DNA of 64,000 nucleotides from Hydrolagus colliei (Eukaryota): the NCBI GenBank assembly GCA_035084275.1, contig CM068752.1, positions 8,184,001 to 8,248,000 of the forward strand. The letters run 5' to 3'. The position numbers and the translations under genes were made by a program. The notes beneath the pieces are model-generated. The model was not told where the DNA came from. It saw only the letters and a list, made by a program, of their open reading frames with translations, and made no database searches. Every line of letters begins with the position of its first letter. Positions within the stretch are counted from its first letter, which is position 1. Below, piece by piece: positions 25,474 to 37,397 of the stretch.

Positions 25474-25632
25474 CACTAGGTAACAGTGACCATAATATTA
25501 TTAGATTTAGATTACTCATGAACAGGGACAAAGTACAGTCAAAAGTGAAAATTCTTGACTGGAAAAGGGCTAATTTTGATGGGTTAAAAAGGGACCTAGA
25601 GTTGATGGACTGACAAGAAAGACTGGCAGGTT
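25474..25632 (+). mobile_element. CR1-like LINE ORF2 fragment (end of endonuclease domain)
   Basis: Translates LGNSDHNIIRF...LDWKRANFDGLKRDLELMD*QERL, matching the CR1 ORF2 LGxSDH...xRAxF...DW pattern. Confidence 0.75.
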
Positions 25633-27053
25633 TACCTTCATTGTCTTGCCATTAAAAGGAATTATAATTGCAAAACTTCCTCACAACATGTACGGATCAT
25701 TAATGCGCCCCAAAACTGCACTGTAGGGTCATTTGCTTGTTTCAATCAGTATTTTACTACAGGTTGGGATAGTAAATGCTTCTGAAGAACAGAAAATCGT
25801 TTGAGATTAATAATTTTCCATTTGGAAATGCGAGGGAATTTGAAGAAAAAGTGAATTTGCGCAATTCACAAGTGGTATCGTCCACCCAGTTGCTAAAATA
25901 ATGCTTATTATAGTTTACAGATGTAATAATTTTTTTGTCATCGTTATCACAGTGAACCTGCACAATTGCAATGGAACATTTACTCCACGTTAACGTGTGA
26001 AAGATAAATTAATTAAATAACAATGCTTTATTCGTGCCTATATTATGGTTAATTGGTTGAGATCAGAACCTGAAGCTGAACCTGAATCTGCTCAGGAATA
26101 ATTTTCTGAAGCAACTTGCCATATGCTGTATAGATTGGACATGTGAACAGGGCTAATCATATGAAACGTTTCCCCAGAAATGTAACCAATGCAGTTTATC
26201 AAGGTCTTCTGAATCTATGTTTCCTGACAATAAAATAACTGGACAACAATTAATTAATTTACATTGGCTTTATATTTTATAAATAAATGTAATAATTTTT
26301 AAAAAAAAATTGGACCCAGATAGATTACATTTCTTCGATTATTTTATCTGTGCATTTTATTGAAACCTTATTTTCCCATTGAGACCAGTCATACAGTCTA
26401 ATAGGCATAGTTTTGTGTGTTTTTCTATAATTGTCCAGTTTTAACAATTTGCATTATCTGGTCCATTCTACACTAATTTTCAGTTACGTTGGACATTTCT
26501 AATGTTGCTATACAGTCATTATGTTTCCATTAGTACAAGGAATACGCATGTGTCCTTGAAATTGACTCAATGTTTGGGCAGTTGGTGGAGTCGTCAATTC
26601 ACCACTGCCCCACTGAAACATGTTTTTGCTTTCGCAGAAGTTTAATCAACTTTTAGATTAAATGTTGGTTAAATGGTATCCAGCAAATTTCTTTCTAGCG
26701 ATTAATGACGCATCTTAGTAATTGTTGGAGAGTTTGTTCTAGTGATTGCGCATACACATTACCTACGCTTGTTTTTTTATTGTAATCGTTTATGAATTTC
26801 TAGGATAATTTATTTTCATGAGCCATTTCATAGCAGACAAGAATGAAAGAATTTTCAGTCGACGATAGTTCTCAATATTTGGGAGGGCTTTGGTCAGTAC
26901 ATTGTATACATTTATCTGTGTATATTGCAACTGATGGAAACAGAGCTATCATTTGTACTGCACAGCAGATATTATTTATGCCTCACAACTAGGACTGACT
27001 CCTATTTTTAAGATGCCCCTAGCATTTTAAAAAATGTATAATATAATAAAGTA

Positions 27054-27222
27054 ATTGGGTCATTCAATCCACGAATGTTTTGTGGGACCGCTCTGTGCGC
27101 AATTGGCTACCGCATTCGGCCCACAATATATACAGTACATTATGTGCAGCGATTTGAGTCATCTCAATGTCGCGAAAAGGCACTATTTCAAATGCAAGGA
27201 TTATTTTTATATTATTATTACT
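27054..27222 (+). mobile_element. 5'-truncated DeuSINE-like SINE
   Basis: GTGGGACCGCTCTGTGCGCAATTGGCTACCGC core plus AAATGCAAGGATTATT tail; homologous to 39907-40243. Confidence 0.75.
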
Positions 27223-27350
27223 ATTTATGCACCATTTTTAACACTTGAACAGTAACCAGAAGCTGTCTGGTAATCTTATATGGACTTTTAAAATACGTTA
27301 AGCTGAACATATTCTCCAGTGTTGAAGATAACACTGTAAGAAAGACCCAT

Positions 27351-27392
27351 TGCAATTTTGGGCTGAAACACTTTGTGTCGCTGTCTACCAAT
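27351..27392 (+). promoter_or_regulatory. CSE of V7
   Basis: TGCAATTTTGG...CACTTTGTGTCGCTGTCTACCAAT; CGCT at 27379. Confidence 0.9.
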
Positions 27393-27602
27393 AAGGATCT
27401 GAAATTCGATTGGAGATCCACTACCCATCCCCCTTTGCGAGGGGGAAGGACCCACAAAGCTTATTTTCTGTGTACAGAGCTCGGAGCCATTCTTGCATAG
27501 CGCTTCACCGTGAAGGAGCAACAGACAGACTGAAAGGTACTTGCAATGATTTGGATTCAAGCATCAGGGTGATTTATCAGGGAGGTGATCCAGAACGTGA
27601 TT

Positions 27603-30035
27603 ATGATGAATACAGGAAGGCTTCAAAGAATGAGAAAACTAGGTTTGTCGTCCATTTTATTGCTTTGTGTCTGGGATATGGCTTTTGGGCAGGTTCGTTA
27701 TTCGATTCCAGAAGAAACGGAGAGCGGTTCCTTCGTGGGGAACATCGCTAATGATTTAGGTTTAGATGTCATAGAACTATCAGCTCGAAGGTTCCGAATT
27801 GTCTCAGGCTCGCGGCCGCAGTATTTTGGACTTAATCTGCGTAATGGAATTATGTTTGTGAACAAAAGAATCGACAGGGAACAGCTGTGTGGACAGAGCC
27901 CCGATTGTGTCCTTCCTCTGGAGGTAGTCACCGAAAACCCTGTGAATCTGTACCGTGTGGAAGTAGAAATCCAGGATATAAATGACAATTCTCCAATTTT
28001 CCCGAAGAGTGAGATCCGTTTGGAGATTTTCGAATCAGCTTCACTAGGGACTCGCTTCCTGTTGGAGGGCGCGCAAGATTCTGACGTAGGTACGAATGCA
28101 ATACGAACGTACGAGCTGAGTAAAAATAAATACTTTAGTTTGAACATACAGACCCGCGGAGAACGCAAATTAGCCGAAATGGTGCTGGAAAAATCCCTGG
28201 ACAGAGAACACGAATCCCTGCATAAGATCTTGTTGACAGCCATTGACGGTGGAACGCCAGAGAGATCAGGCACCGCTTACATTACTGTTGTGGTCCTGGA
28301 TACAAATGATAACTCGCCGGTCTTCCGGCAATCTTTGTACAAGGTCAACGTCCAAGAAAATATTACAGTGGGCAGTTTGATAATGATGCTTAACGCGACT
28401 GATTTGGATGAAGGCCTTAACAGTGATGTGGAGTATTTTTTAAGTAATTACAATTCAGATAGAGTGAGCGAACTTTTCAGTCTCGATTCCAAAACCGGAC
28501 AGCTGATGGTGAAAGGGGCGTTGGATTTTGAAGAAGCTAAAATGCACGAGATTAACGTCGAGGCGAAAGATAGAGGTTCTTCTGCCGTTCCGGGGCATTG
28601 CACGGTAGTGGTGAACATTGAGGATGTCAATGACAACGTCCCTGAGTTGACATTCGTCTCGCTGTCCAGCACAATTCGAGAAGATTCTCCCCCGGGAACT
28701 GTGGTCGCGCTGATTAGCGTTACGGATCGTGATTCGGATCATAACGGCAGGACCATCTGTCAGATTTCCAACGCACTTCCATTTGAACTCGAATCTACGT
28801 TTACGGGATCGTACACTTTAAAAACAAAGGATGCACTGGACAGGGAAACCGCTCCCGAATATAACATCAACATCACTTGCAGAGATGATGGATCTCCTGC
28901 TCTGTCCAGCCATAAAATCATGGTGGTCACAATTACAGACATAAACGACAACGCACCAAAGTTTGGAAGTGGTTCCTACACAGCCTATGTGACGGAAAAC
29001 AACGCACCGGGAACTTCGATTTGTTCTGTAACTGCTTTGGACCCAGACTTGGACCAAAACTCCCACCTATTCTACTCTCTGCTGGAATCGCAAACAAAAG
29101 GTATTCCCATATCATCTTACCTCTCCATTAATTCGGAAAGTGGCACCATATACGCGCAACGTTCGTTTGACTATGAACAGCTCAAAAACCTAATGTTTCA
29201 CGTGCAAGCCCAAGATGGCGGCATCCCCTCATTGGGCACAAATATTTCCGTCAACATGATTATTCTGGATCAGAATGACAACGCGCCAGAAATCCTGTCT
29301 CCGCTGACAAAAAGGGACCTTAAGATAACAGTTCCACAATCTGCAGATCCAGGTTACCTGATTACCAAGGTCAGCGCAACCGACGCTGATTCCGGCCAGA
29401 ATGCAAGGCTCTCATATCACCTGGTTCAAGCTACAGACCCAAGTCTTTTGACGGTGGGACTTAGCTCTGGCGAAATCAGAACGGTTCGCCGTGTTGCAGA
29501 ACAAGATTTAAGAGTACAACGACTCTTCATTAAGGTGCGAGATAATGGGCATCCGCCTCTGTCAGCCTCAACAAATATCGATATTTCGATAGTGGATAAT
29601 AATCCGGAAACACTGTCTGATTTTAAGAATGTTCCCCAAACCCCAGAACCTTCATCTAATTTGGTTACATATATTATAATTTCTCTAGGGTGCCTCACGT
29701 TTATACTTATGCTTACTGTAATTGGTCTAGTGTTTTTCATGTGCCAATCTCACCGAAGCTGTTGCTACATGGGAAGAAAGAATGACAAACATAGGTTCAC
29801 GAATTCTCATCTGAACTTTCAAATTGCGACGGACTCTAAGCTAATTTCTAATTATGTGGAGGTTCGAGGAACGGGAACGTTGAGCCAAACTCACAGTTAC
29901 AAAGTACCTTCAGAAGTTATGGTTTTCAAACCGTGCAGTCCGCCAGGATACAGGCATTCTGTCCAGAAAATTGATCCTTATTCTTCCGAGTGGAATGCGG
30001 ATGCAACAAATAATTTGACCAATGTAATTAATGAG
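27603..30035 (+). CDS. Clustered protocadherin variable exon V7 (group B)
   Basis: First ATG at 27603 (alternatives 27606, 27630); 6 EC, TM, EVRGTGTLSQT; phase-0 donor GAG|GTAAGT after 30035. Confidence 0.95.
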
Positions 30036-30469
30036 GTAAGTTTGGTGAATTGTAAGAATGAATATGCATTCGTGTCTCTGCTATGAATTCTTTATCGAGC
30101 CCTGTGTTACGTAACGTATATCAGATAAGTTGCTACGAGGATGGAAACCCGCAAGTGTTTTTTTTGCAGTTTATCTTGTTTAAAATTCAGAAGAGCAAAT
30201 ACTAATTGGAAATAGTTTGCAAGTTATATGGATGTATGGATTATAAAAACAATCAATTAGCTATCCATTACTGCATGGCATATCAGTACCTTTACTGTGA
30301 GATTTCCGAGCTGCAACCAATTCAGGTTTTGAATAAAAACTAAACATAGGAGAGCCTTGTGAAGCTTTTCTTAATTATCCAGGATTATTGGCTGAGATAA
30401 AAATGCAAAGTCCTTTATGAGTTTTAAGTTTTGTTGATCATTTGTCCTCGACCTCTGTGTCTGGTGTGT

Positions 30470-30499
30470 GGTGGTGGTGGTGGTGGGGTGGGGGGAGGT
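30470..30499 (+). repeat. (GGT)n / G-rich tract
   Basis: GGTGGTGGTGGTGGTGGGGTGGGGGGAGG seen directly. Confidence 0.8.
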
Positions 30500-30594
30500 G
30501 TACCAGTCACGCATGTTGTGTTGGAAGGGAGACAACAAACAGAGTTAACAGGTAACCTAGTTCTCATGGATGTTTCCCCATCGTTTTATTCCCT

Positions 30595-30898
30595 ACTACT
30601 ACTAATAATAATAATCCTTGCATTTGACATAATGCTTTTCACATCTTCTAGATATCTCAAAGTGCTTCACAGAATATACCATAAAGTGACTTGACTGTAT
30701 ATTTGTGGGCGAACTATGGCAGCCAATTGCACACAGCAGTGTCCCACAAACAGTCGTGGATTGAAATTACCAATTTTTTTTGGAGCGATTATTATTAAGT
30801 GTGTGGAGTAAGGAAACTTGCCCAACGTTTTGCCCTGCCTGAATTCGCATGCAGCTCTCATGCTTGTAAGGCGAGTGATCTGACCACTGAGCACTCCA
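30595..30898 (-). mobile_element. tRNA-derived DeuSINE-like SINE, near full length
   Basis: Colinear with 39907-40243: (TAA)n tail, GCAGCCAATTGCACACAGCAGTGTCCCAC core, degenerate A box at the right end. Confidence 0.85.
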
Positions 30899-31513
30899 TC
30901 ATGTCTTTAAAATATTGTAGCATTGATGGAGAAGTCCATAGAAAAATAATTGTTCCCTTAGCCCTATGTAGACTTTAAAAATCAACAAAGATAAACTTTA
31001 AATTGTAAAGGATCGATCCTGGAACCAGCAGTTTGTAGGAGAGGATCTGAAGTTTCCTCACAGAGTCTACTGTGCCACTATGTTTTGACAACACTGCACT
31101 TTCCCCACCCAAATTTTAGCATTGATTTGTTGCAATTGCTTGCACTTTAAAGGTGGTTTACGCAGAATATACTATGGTGGTACTGTCTTCAGAAATATTA
31201 AGTTAAACGGATTACTTTCAACTCAGTTTACTTAGAAAGCTATAAAATGAGCTTGTTTGTATGTATACCTATACAATTTGTGATTGTTTATTGGTTTCCT
31301 CGCTCAACATAATTTTGCAGAAATATAATTTAGTGATACTCGGTGCTGATGGGATTTCTTTATTCAGCCAAATATTACTGATCATGGTTTTTCCAAAATT
31401 TCACCAAAATGCAATAATGGGCCCAATGTTCTTGGTGAACTTCAGTTGAAAGAAAATGCAAAAGCAGGTATATAGTGAAGGTTAATCCATTTTGAAATCA
31501 ATATTTAGCATAT

Positions 31514-31758
31514 AATAATAATACTAATTATTACATTTATATAGCGCTTTCCACATCTTATCGACGCTCAAAGCGCTTCACAGAATACAACAAAGTCCCA
31601 AGGTTGGGACCAGAGCAGGGGGAGGTGGGGGGGAAGGGGTTTAGGTAGGGAGAAGAAAAAGAGGGAAGAAAGGGGGAAAAGAGGTAGGCACCAGAGCAAT
31701 GGGGGAGGGGTCAGGGTAGGGGGAAGGAGAGCAGGAAAACCTTACATGTAAGGGAAAA
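31514..31758 (-). mobile_element. 3' end of a probable LINE sharing its tail with the SINE, cut by the gap
   Basis: TATAGCGCTTTCCACATCTTATCGACGCTCAAAGCGCTTCACAGAATA is near identical to the SINE tail, then diverges into a purine-rich tract. Confidence 0.65.
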
Positions 31759-31910
31759 NNNNNNNNNNNNNNNNNNNNNNNNNNNNNNNNNNNNNNNNNN
31801 NNNNNNNNNNNNNNNNNNNNNNNNNNNNNNNNNNNNNNNNNNNNNNNNNNNNNNNNNNNNNNNNNNNNNNNNNNNNNNNNNNNNNNNNNNNNNNNNNNNN
31901 NNNNNNNNNN
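31759..31910. other. Assembly gap (152 N)
   Basis: Run of N bases. Confidence 1.
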
Positions 31911-32185
31911 CCAGGATTCCTGGAATAATCAACCACCATTTTCCGTTTGAACATTAAATGAGCTAGTGCATGATGGGGTTTGTTTTGTATCTGGGTAAAT
32001 ATGAGTACACCAAGCAAGGATATAATTGAAGATGGTTTGTTTGGGGATCTTGTTAAATTGTTAGAGATTCCACCGTTCGGATGAAACATCGAACCGAAAT
32101 CTCTAAGCAGCAGGATAATAATGATCCCGCAGCACCATTCGAAAAACGAAGTAAATGTATCCCCCCAGGTGTCCTGGCCATCAAA

Positions 32186-32375
32186 TCCCCCAAATAAAAT
32201 TGGTCACCAACTTCATCGTTGTTTTGGGGACATTGTTGTGCGCAAACTTGCTGCCGGATTTCGCCCACAAAATACACACTATAAAAAAAGCTTTCCTATA
32301 TATCTTGCGAAGCGCCTTGTAGCGTCTCGATCGCGTGAAACGGCGCTACATCAACGGCAATGATTATTGATATTT
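32186..32375 (+). mobile_element. 5'-truncated, degraded DeuSINE-like SINE
   Basis: GGGGACATTGTTGTGCGCAAACTTGCTGCCGGATTTCGCCCACAAAAT core and GGCGCTACATCAA tail. Confidence 0.7.
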
Positions 32376-32482
32376 ATTTGTGTTGAATTAAAATGTTTGG
32401 TAGATTAAAACTTATACAACTCATGGTCAAAAGGTTGGGACTATGACGTTTTGGGTGAAACCTAGTTTTAATATGATCTCAG

Positions 32483-32524
32483 TGCAGTTATAGGCCGAGA
32501 CTCTTTGCGTCGCTGTCTACCAAT
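32483..32524 (+). promoter_or_regulatory. CSE of V8
   Basis: TGCAGTTATAGG...CTTTGCGTCGCTGTCTACCAAT; CGCT at 32511. Confidence 0.9.
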
Positions 32525-32758
32525 AAGGTGATTAAATCAAGCGGGAGAGATCCACCCCCCACCCCCACCACCAGAGAGAAGGAAGCAGCCATACTAGCGG
32601 TCATGTTGATATTCATGCACTGAGCCTTTGCGCAACGCCTCTCGTCCTACGAAAGAAGATAATCAAAGGTATGATTTTCTTTGGATCAAGTGGAAGATAG
32701 TAGGACGGGCGAGAACAATTTGCAGTTTACAATTGCACAATTTGTGTTACCCGAAAAT

Positions 32759-35230
32759 ATGAAAGATTCAGCCAGCCCCTGCACGCCGAGGAAGCAAACC
32801 TTATCGTCCATTTTCCTTCTTTGTGTCTGGAATCTGGTTTCTGGACAGATTCGTTACTCGATTCCCGAAGAACTGAAGCCGGGAGCATTCGTAGGTAATA
32901 TCGCTAAAGATTTGGGATTCAATGTGGAAGAACTTTCTGATCGTGGATTGAGGATAATATCTGACACGCAGACGCAATATTTGGATGTTAATCTACAAAG
33001 TGGAATACTGTTTGTCAGAAAACGAATTGACAGGGAACAGCTCTGTGCGGAGAATCCTACCTGCTTCCTCGCTTTGGAAGTAGTGATTGAAAAACCTATG
33101 GAGCAGTATCATGTCGAAGTAGAAATTCTAGATATAAATGATAATTCACCCAGTTTCTCCAGCAGGGAAATCCAGTTGGAAATTGTTGAGTCTGCTGTAG
33201 CTGGAGCCCGCTTTGTGTTAAAAAGCGCAAAAGATCCGGACGTTGGTTTAAACTCCATTCGTACTTATCAACTCACTCCAAATGAGTATTTCATTTTGGA
33301 TGTACAAACTCGCGGAGAATGGAGACTGGCCGAGTTGGTGCTCGAGAAACCTCTGGACCGAGAAAAACAATCCAATCACCAGTTATTGCTCACCGCCATT
33401 GACGGGGGATCCCCGGAAAGGTCAGGTACAGCTCTCATTATTATCACTGTTTTGGATACTAATGACAACGCACCAATTTTCCATCAATCGTTGTATACTG
33501 TCAGTTTGATGGAAAATACCCCCGTGGGTACTTTGGTGATTAAACTTAATGCCACTGATTTAGATGATGGATCTAATGGTGATATAGTATATTCGTTCAG
33601 CAACTATGGCAAGGACAGAGTGCGTGAACTATTCAATATTGACCCGCAAACTGGGGAAATTAGGGTAAAGGGAAAGTTGGACTTTGAAGAAGCGAGTGTT
33701 TATGAGATTAACGTGGAAGCCAGAGACAAGGGTCCGCATCCATTACCTGTACATTGCACAGTGCTGGTGGATATCAGGGACGTGAATGACAATGCTCCTG
33801 ATTTGACGTTGATATCAGCGTCAAACACGGTGCGTGAGGACGCTGTGCCTGGAACAATGGTGGCTCTGATCAGTGTCACTGACCGGGATTCGGAGGAAAA
33901 TGGAAAAACCAATTGTGAGATTGGAAAAAACCTCCCTTTTGACATCAAATCATCCTTTAAGAATTCCTACAGAATTGTTACCACCGACTTGCTGGACCGG
34001 GAATCTATCTCTGAATACAAAATAAATGTTCTGTGCAAGGACTCGGGTTCCCCTGCGCTGTCCGCCAACAAAACCATCGTCGTTCACGTTTCAGATGTCA
34101 ACGACAACGCGCCACACTTTACTCAGAGTTCCTATACAACCTACATCATGGAGAACAACATCCCTGGCGCATCCGTCTACTCGGTGACAGCATTGGATCC
34201 TGACCTGATCGACAGTTCACACATCCATTATTCAATACTCGAGAACTCGATTAAGGGTATGCCAGTGTCGTCTTATGTTTCCATCGACTCTGGTCACGGT
34301 ACCATATTTTCACAAACTTCTTTTGACTACGAACAGCTAAAGAACTTCCAGATTCAGGTCCGGGCTCAAGATGATGGCTCTCCACCACTGAGTAACAACG
34401 TGACAGTGAACGTAGTTATTCTCGATCAGAACGACAACCCTCCTGTAATCACCTCTCCGAGGGCAAAGAACCGTTCTGAGATGTTGATGCCTCTCTCTGC
34501 GCCTCCAGGCTACTTGGTGACCAAGGTAACCGCTACCGATGCCGATTCTGGCCAGAACGCGCGCCTTTCCTACCAGCTGGTCCAGGCTACAGATCCGAGT
34601 ATCTTTACGCTGACATCCAGTTCAGGCGAAATCAGAACCGCTCGCCGATTGGAAGAAAGGGATGCTTTGAAACAAACTCTGATCATCCTGGTGCGGGACA
34701 GTGGACACCCACCTCTCTCGACAACTGTGACCATCGAGTTATCGGTGGTACAGAATATTGCAGAAGTTCTTTCCGATTACAGTGATGCAGCACCAAAAAT
34801 CAAGCCACCTTTTAACTTAGCCTTTTATATCATAGTCTCTTTGGGGGTATTATCATCAATCCTTCTAGTGACTATTATTGCCCTTGTTGTAACCATATGT
34901 CAGAATGCTCGGGGCAACACACTTTCTCTTCACAACTGCTGTTCAAGAGAGAGCAAAGCGAATGCCAGATTCCAACATTCAAATTTCAACCTGCAGATAG
35001 TACCAGAATCCAAGCGAATCGCAAATTATGTTGAAGTTCGTGGGTCTGGGTCCCGTTCCGAAACCCTGTGTTACAAGGTGCAGTCAGCCGTAGAAAACGA
35101 TAATGTGGACTTCATGCTGTTTACCCCGTATAGTCCAGGACCACACCAAAGCAATATCAGCGAATCTGAAAATCAAGCAACAGAATACACCAGGAAATCA
35201 CTGAACAATAGGTCTGGCATGCGCAGTGAG
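32759..35230 (+). CDS. Clustered protocadherin variable exon V8 (group B)
   Basis: ATG at 32759 (MKDSAS); 6 EC, TM, EVRGSGS; phase-0 donor GAG|GTGAGT after 35230. Confidence 0.95.
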
Positions 35231-37129
35231 GTGAGTAATAAGTATGCGAGTAATATGTGAGTAATTCTGAGTTAATCAGAATTCAGTGTGTGTTACATCC
35301 TTAGTTGTATGGCTCTTGAATCATTTACCCAATTCGTCCAGGCGAAATTAGGTAATCTAGTCATAATAAGAATGGCAATGTCAATGTCGTGGTCAATTGT
35401 GATGCAATTGACCACTTGACAAATTTAACTTTGTATTAAATAAATCACATTTGAAGGTTACTAACGTACTAGAGGGTATCTCTTTCAGTCTTCACTGGTT
35501 TGTTTTGGCATAGTCAGTAGCATTGCACTTTTATATCAATTTGAAAGAAGCAAATGCATCCCATTAGCCAAAATACAGGTTATTTACAGAGGGATATCTA
35601 TTGCAAATTATTAATTAAACAATTCAGAGTAAGTCAGAATCCGAGGATTTTTTTAAAATTTCAGCTACGTGTTTGTTCATTTGCCTGTTCAATTGGTTAC
35701 ATGTACCGAAATCCATCTCCACTGTATTTGCTTTTTGCATAAAATTTACTAGAGTTCTGTTCTAACAAGGGTCTCCATTGGTTTCCAATGCCTCATTCTG
35801 GAGCAATTTTTCATGTTCGAATTCAGACTGTATTCCCAGTAAACTAGTGAGACATAGAATCCTCTGGTTTCAGAGCCAAGTCAAGTTTTCCTTGGATCCT
35901 AAATGTCAGGACTTTCGCAAACTTTGGAACCATAATTTTGTTGTTGACTTTGTTCTGATGAAGGAGAGTCACGTCTGTTGCCAGCGTCAGTAATTTTCTC
36001 TCCCTGCAGGGCTACCATATGTATGATGCAATGTAGTGTATTCTATAGAAACTTCAGAATGTATACACTGCTGTGACATCTACATTCTTTATGTTTGGCT
36101 GAGTGACTGTGCAAAGCTATTGCAAATTAGGTCCGAATCATGGGCATCTTTTTCTGATAAGAATTTGTGAAATGTAATAGCGGACTTGAAAGCTCCTGTG
36201 AACCACATCATGAATTTAGTGCTCCAGTATATCACTCAGCTCATCGTAACTTCGGGTTTCTCACGAAAATTACACATTTGGCTATCAAATTCGCCTATAA
36301 GCAAAGAAAATAGCAAACCAGAAATCTGTTGTGTGGCTGGATTAATGGTTTGTTTAGCCTTTTCGCGCATTTTTCTCGGCTTTCGGAAACCGGAAGTGAG
36401 ATGGGTAAAACCGGTTGTGTGATCCAAATGTTGAGTTTCCACTCCAATGTGGGATGTGCTGAATGGTTTTCTCAGTGATCATTATTTGTGAATCATCAAC
36501 TAACTGACTAGGATAGAATCCACAATTCACAACTATATGATATGAAGAAGTCATGTTAATTTTCTAGTGATTGTCACAAACGTTAGGGAGCTAAGTATTA
36601 AATTTAATTACCAAGATAAAAATATCAGCCCTTCATCAGTCAATGAACATGAATGAATACTCATATTCCTTTTGAACGCCTTGAATGTGGAACGCTATCA
36701 TTGATAGTGATACGTTTGAGGATTATGTTCAGAATTGAACTATAATTGTGATAACCATTTCACACTGCTTCAATTAGTATTTTTTGTCTGACCTTTATAA
36801 TTATATTTAAGTAGATTTTTTGGAAAAATATTTAGTACCGTGAATATGCACTTAAGAATATGATAGTATTGTTTTGCGAGGAATTACTCGCTCTACATAT
36901 TTATAGACCAAGTGTCTTCGGTATGCTGAAAAAATCATTTATATTCTACAATTAAAATAGAGTTTAATTATGTATGTAGTATTATATTTATTCCTCCTAC
37001 TCCCCAATAAATATTCTCATAGTTTTTATTGGTTTAAAATGCAAAGTTAATCTTCAAGTTACAATAAATATAGCCAAACTCTATGACTCCATCACTTGGG
37101 GGTTAAATACTAGTTTAATAGGAACCCAG

Positions 37130-37171
37130 TGTAGTTATGGCCTGAGACTCTCTGTGTCGCTGTCTACCAAT
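37130..37171 (+). promoter_or_regulatory. CSE of V9
   Basis: TGTAGTTATGG...CTCTGTGTCGCTGTCTACCAAT; CGCT at 37158. Confidence 0.9.
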
Positions 37172-37397
37172 AAGGAGAAGAAATTGAGCAGGAGATCCAC
37201 CACCCATCCCCCAACACCGAGAACAGGAGGCATGCGCAGTGCTGGCCTTTATATTGACGTTCGGAACCTCCTCTCCACAAGGTATACCGGATTTTCCAAT
37301 TTGGAACTGAAATATACGGGATTATGTTTCGAGTCGACATAGACCACTGACCAAGGGAACCATTTACCCGTCACAAATTTTCGCACAGCAGAGAAAA

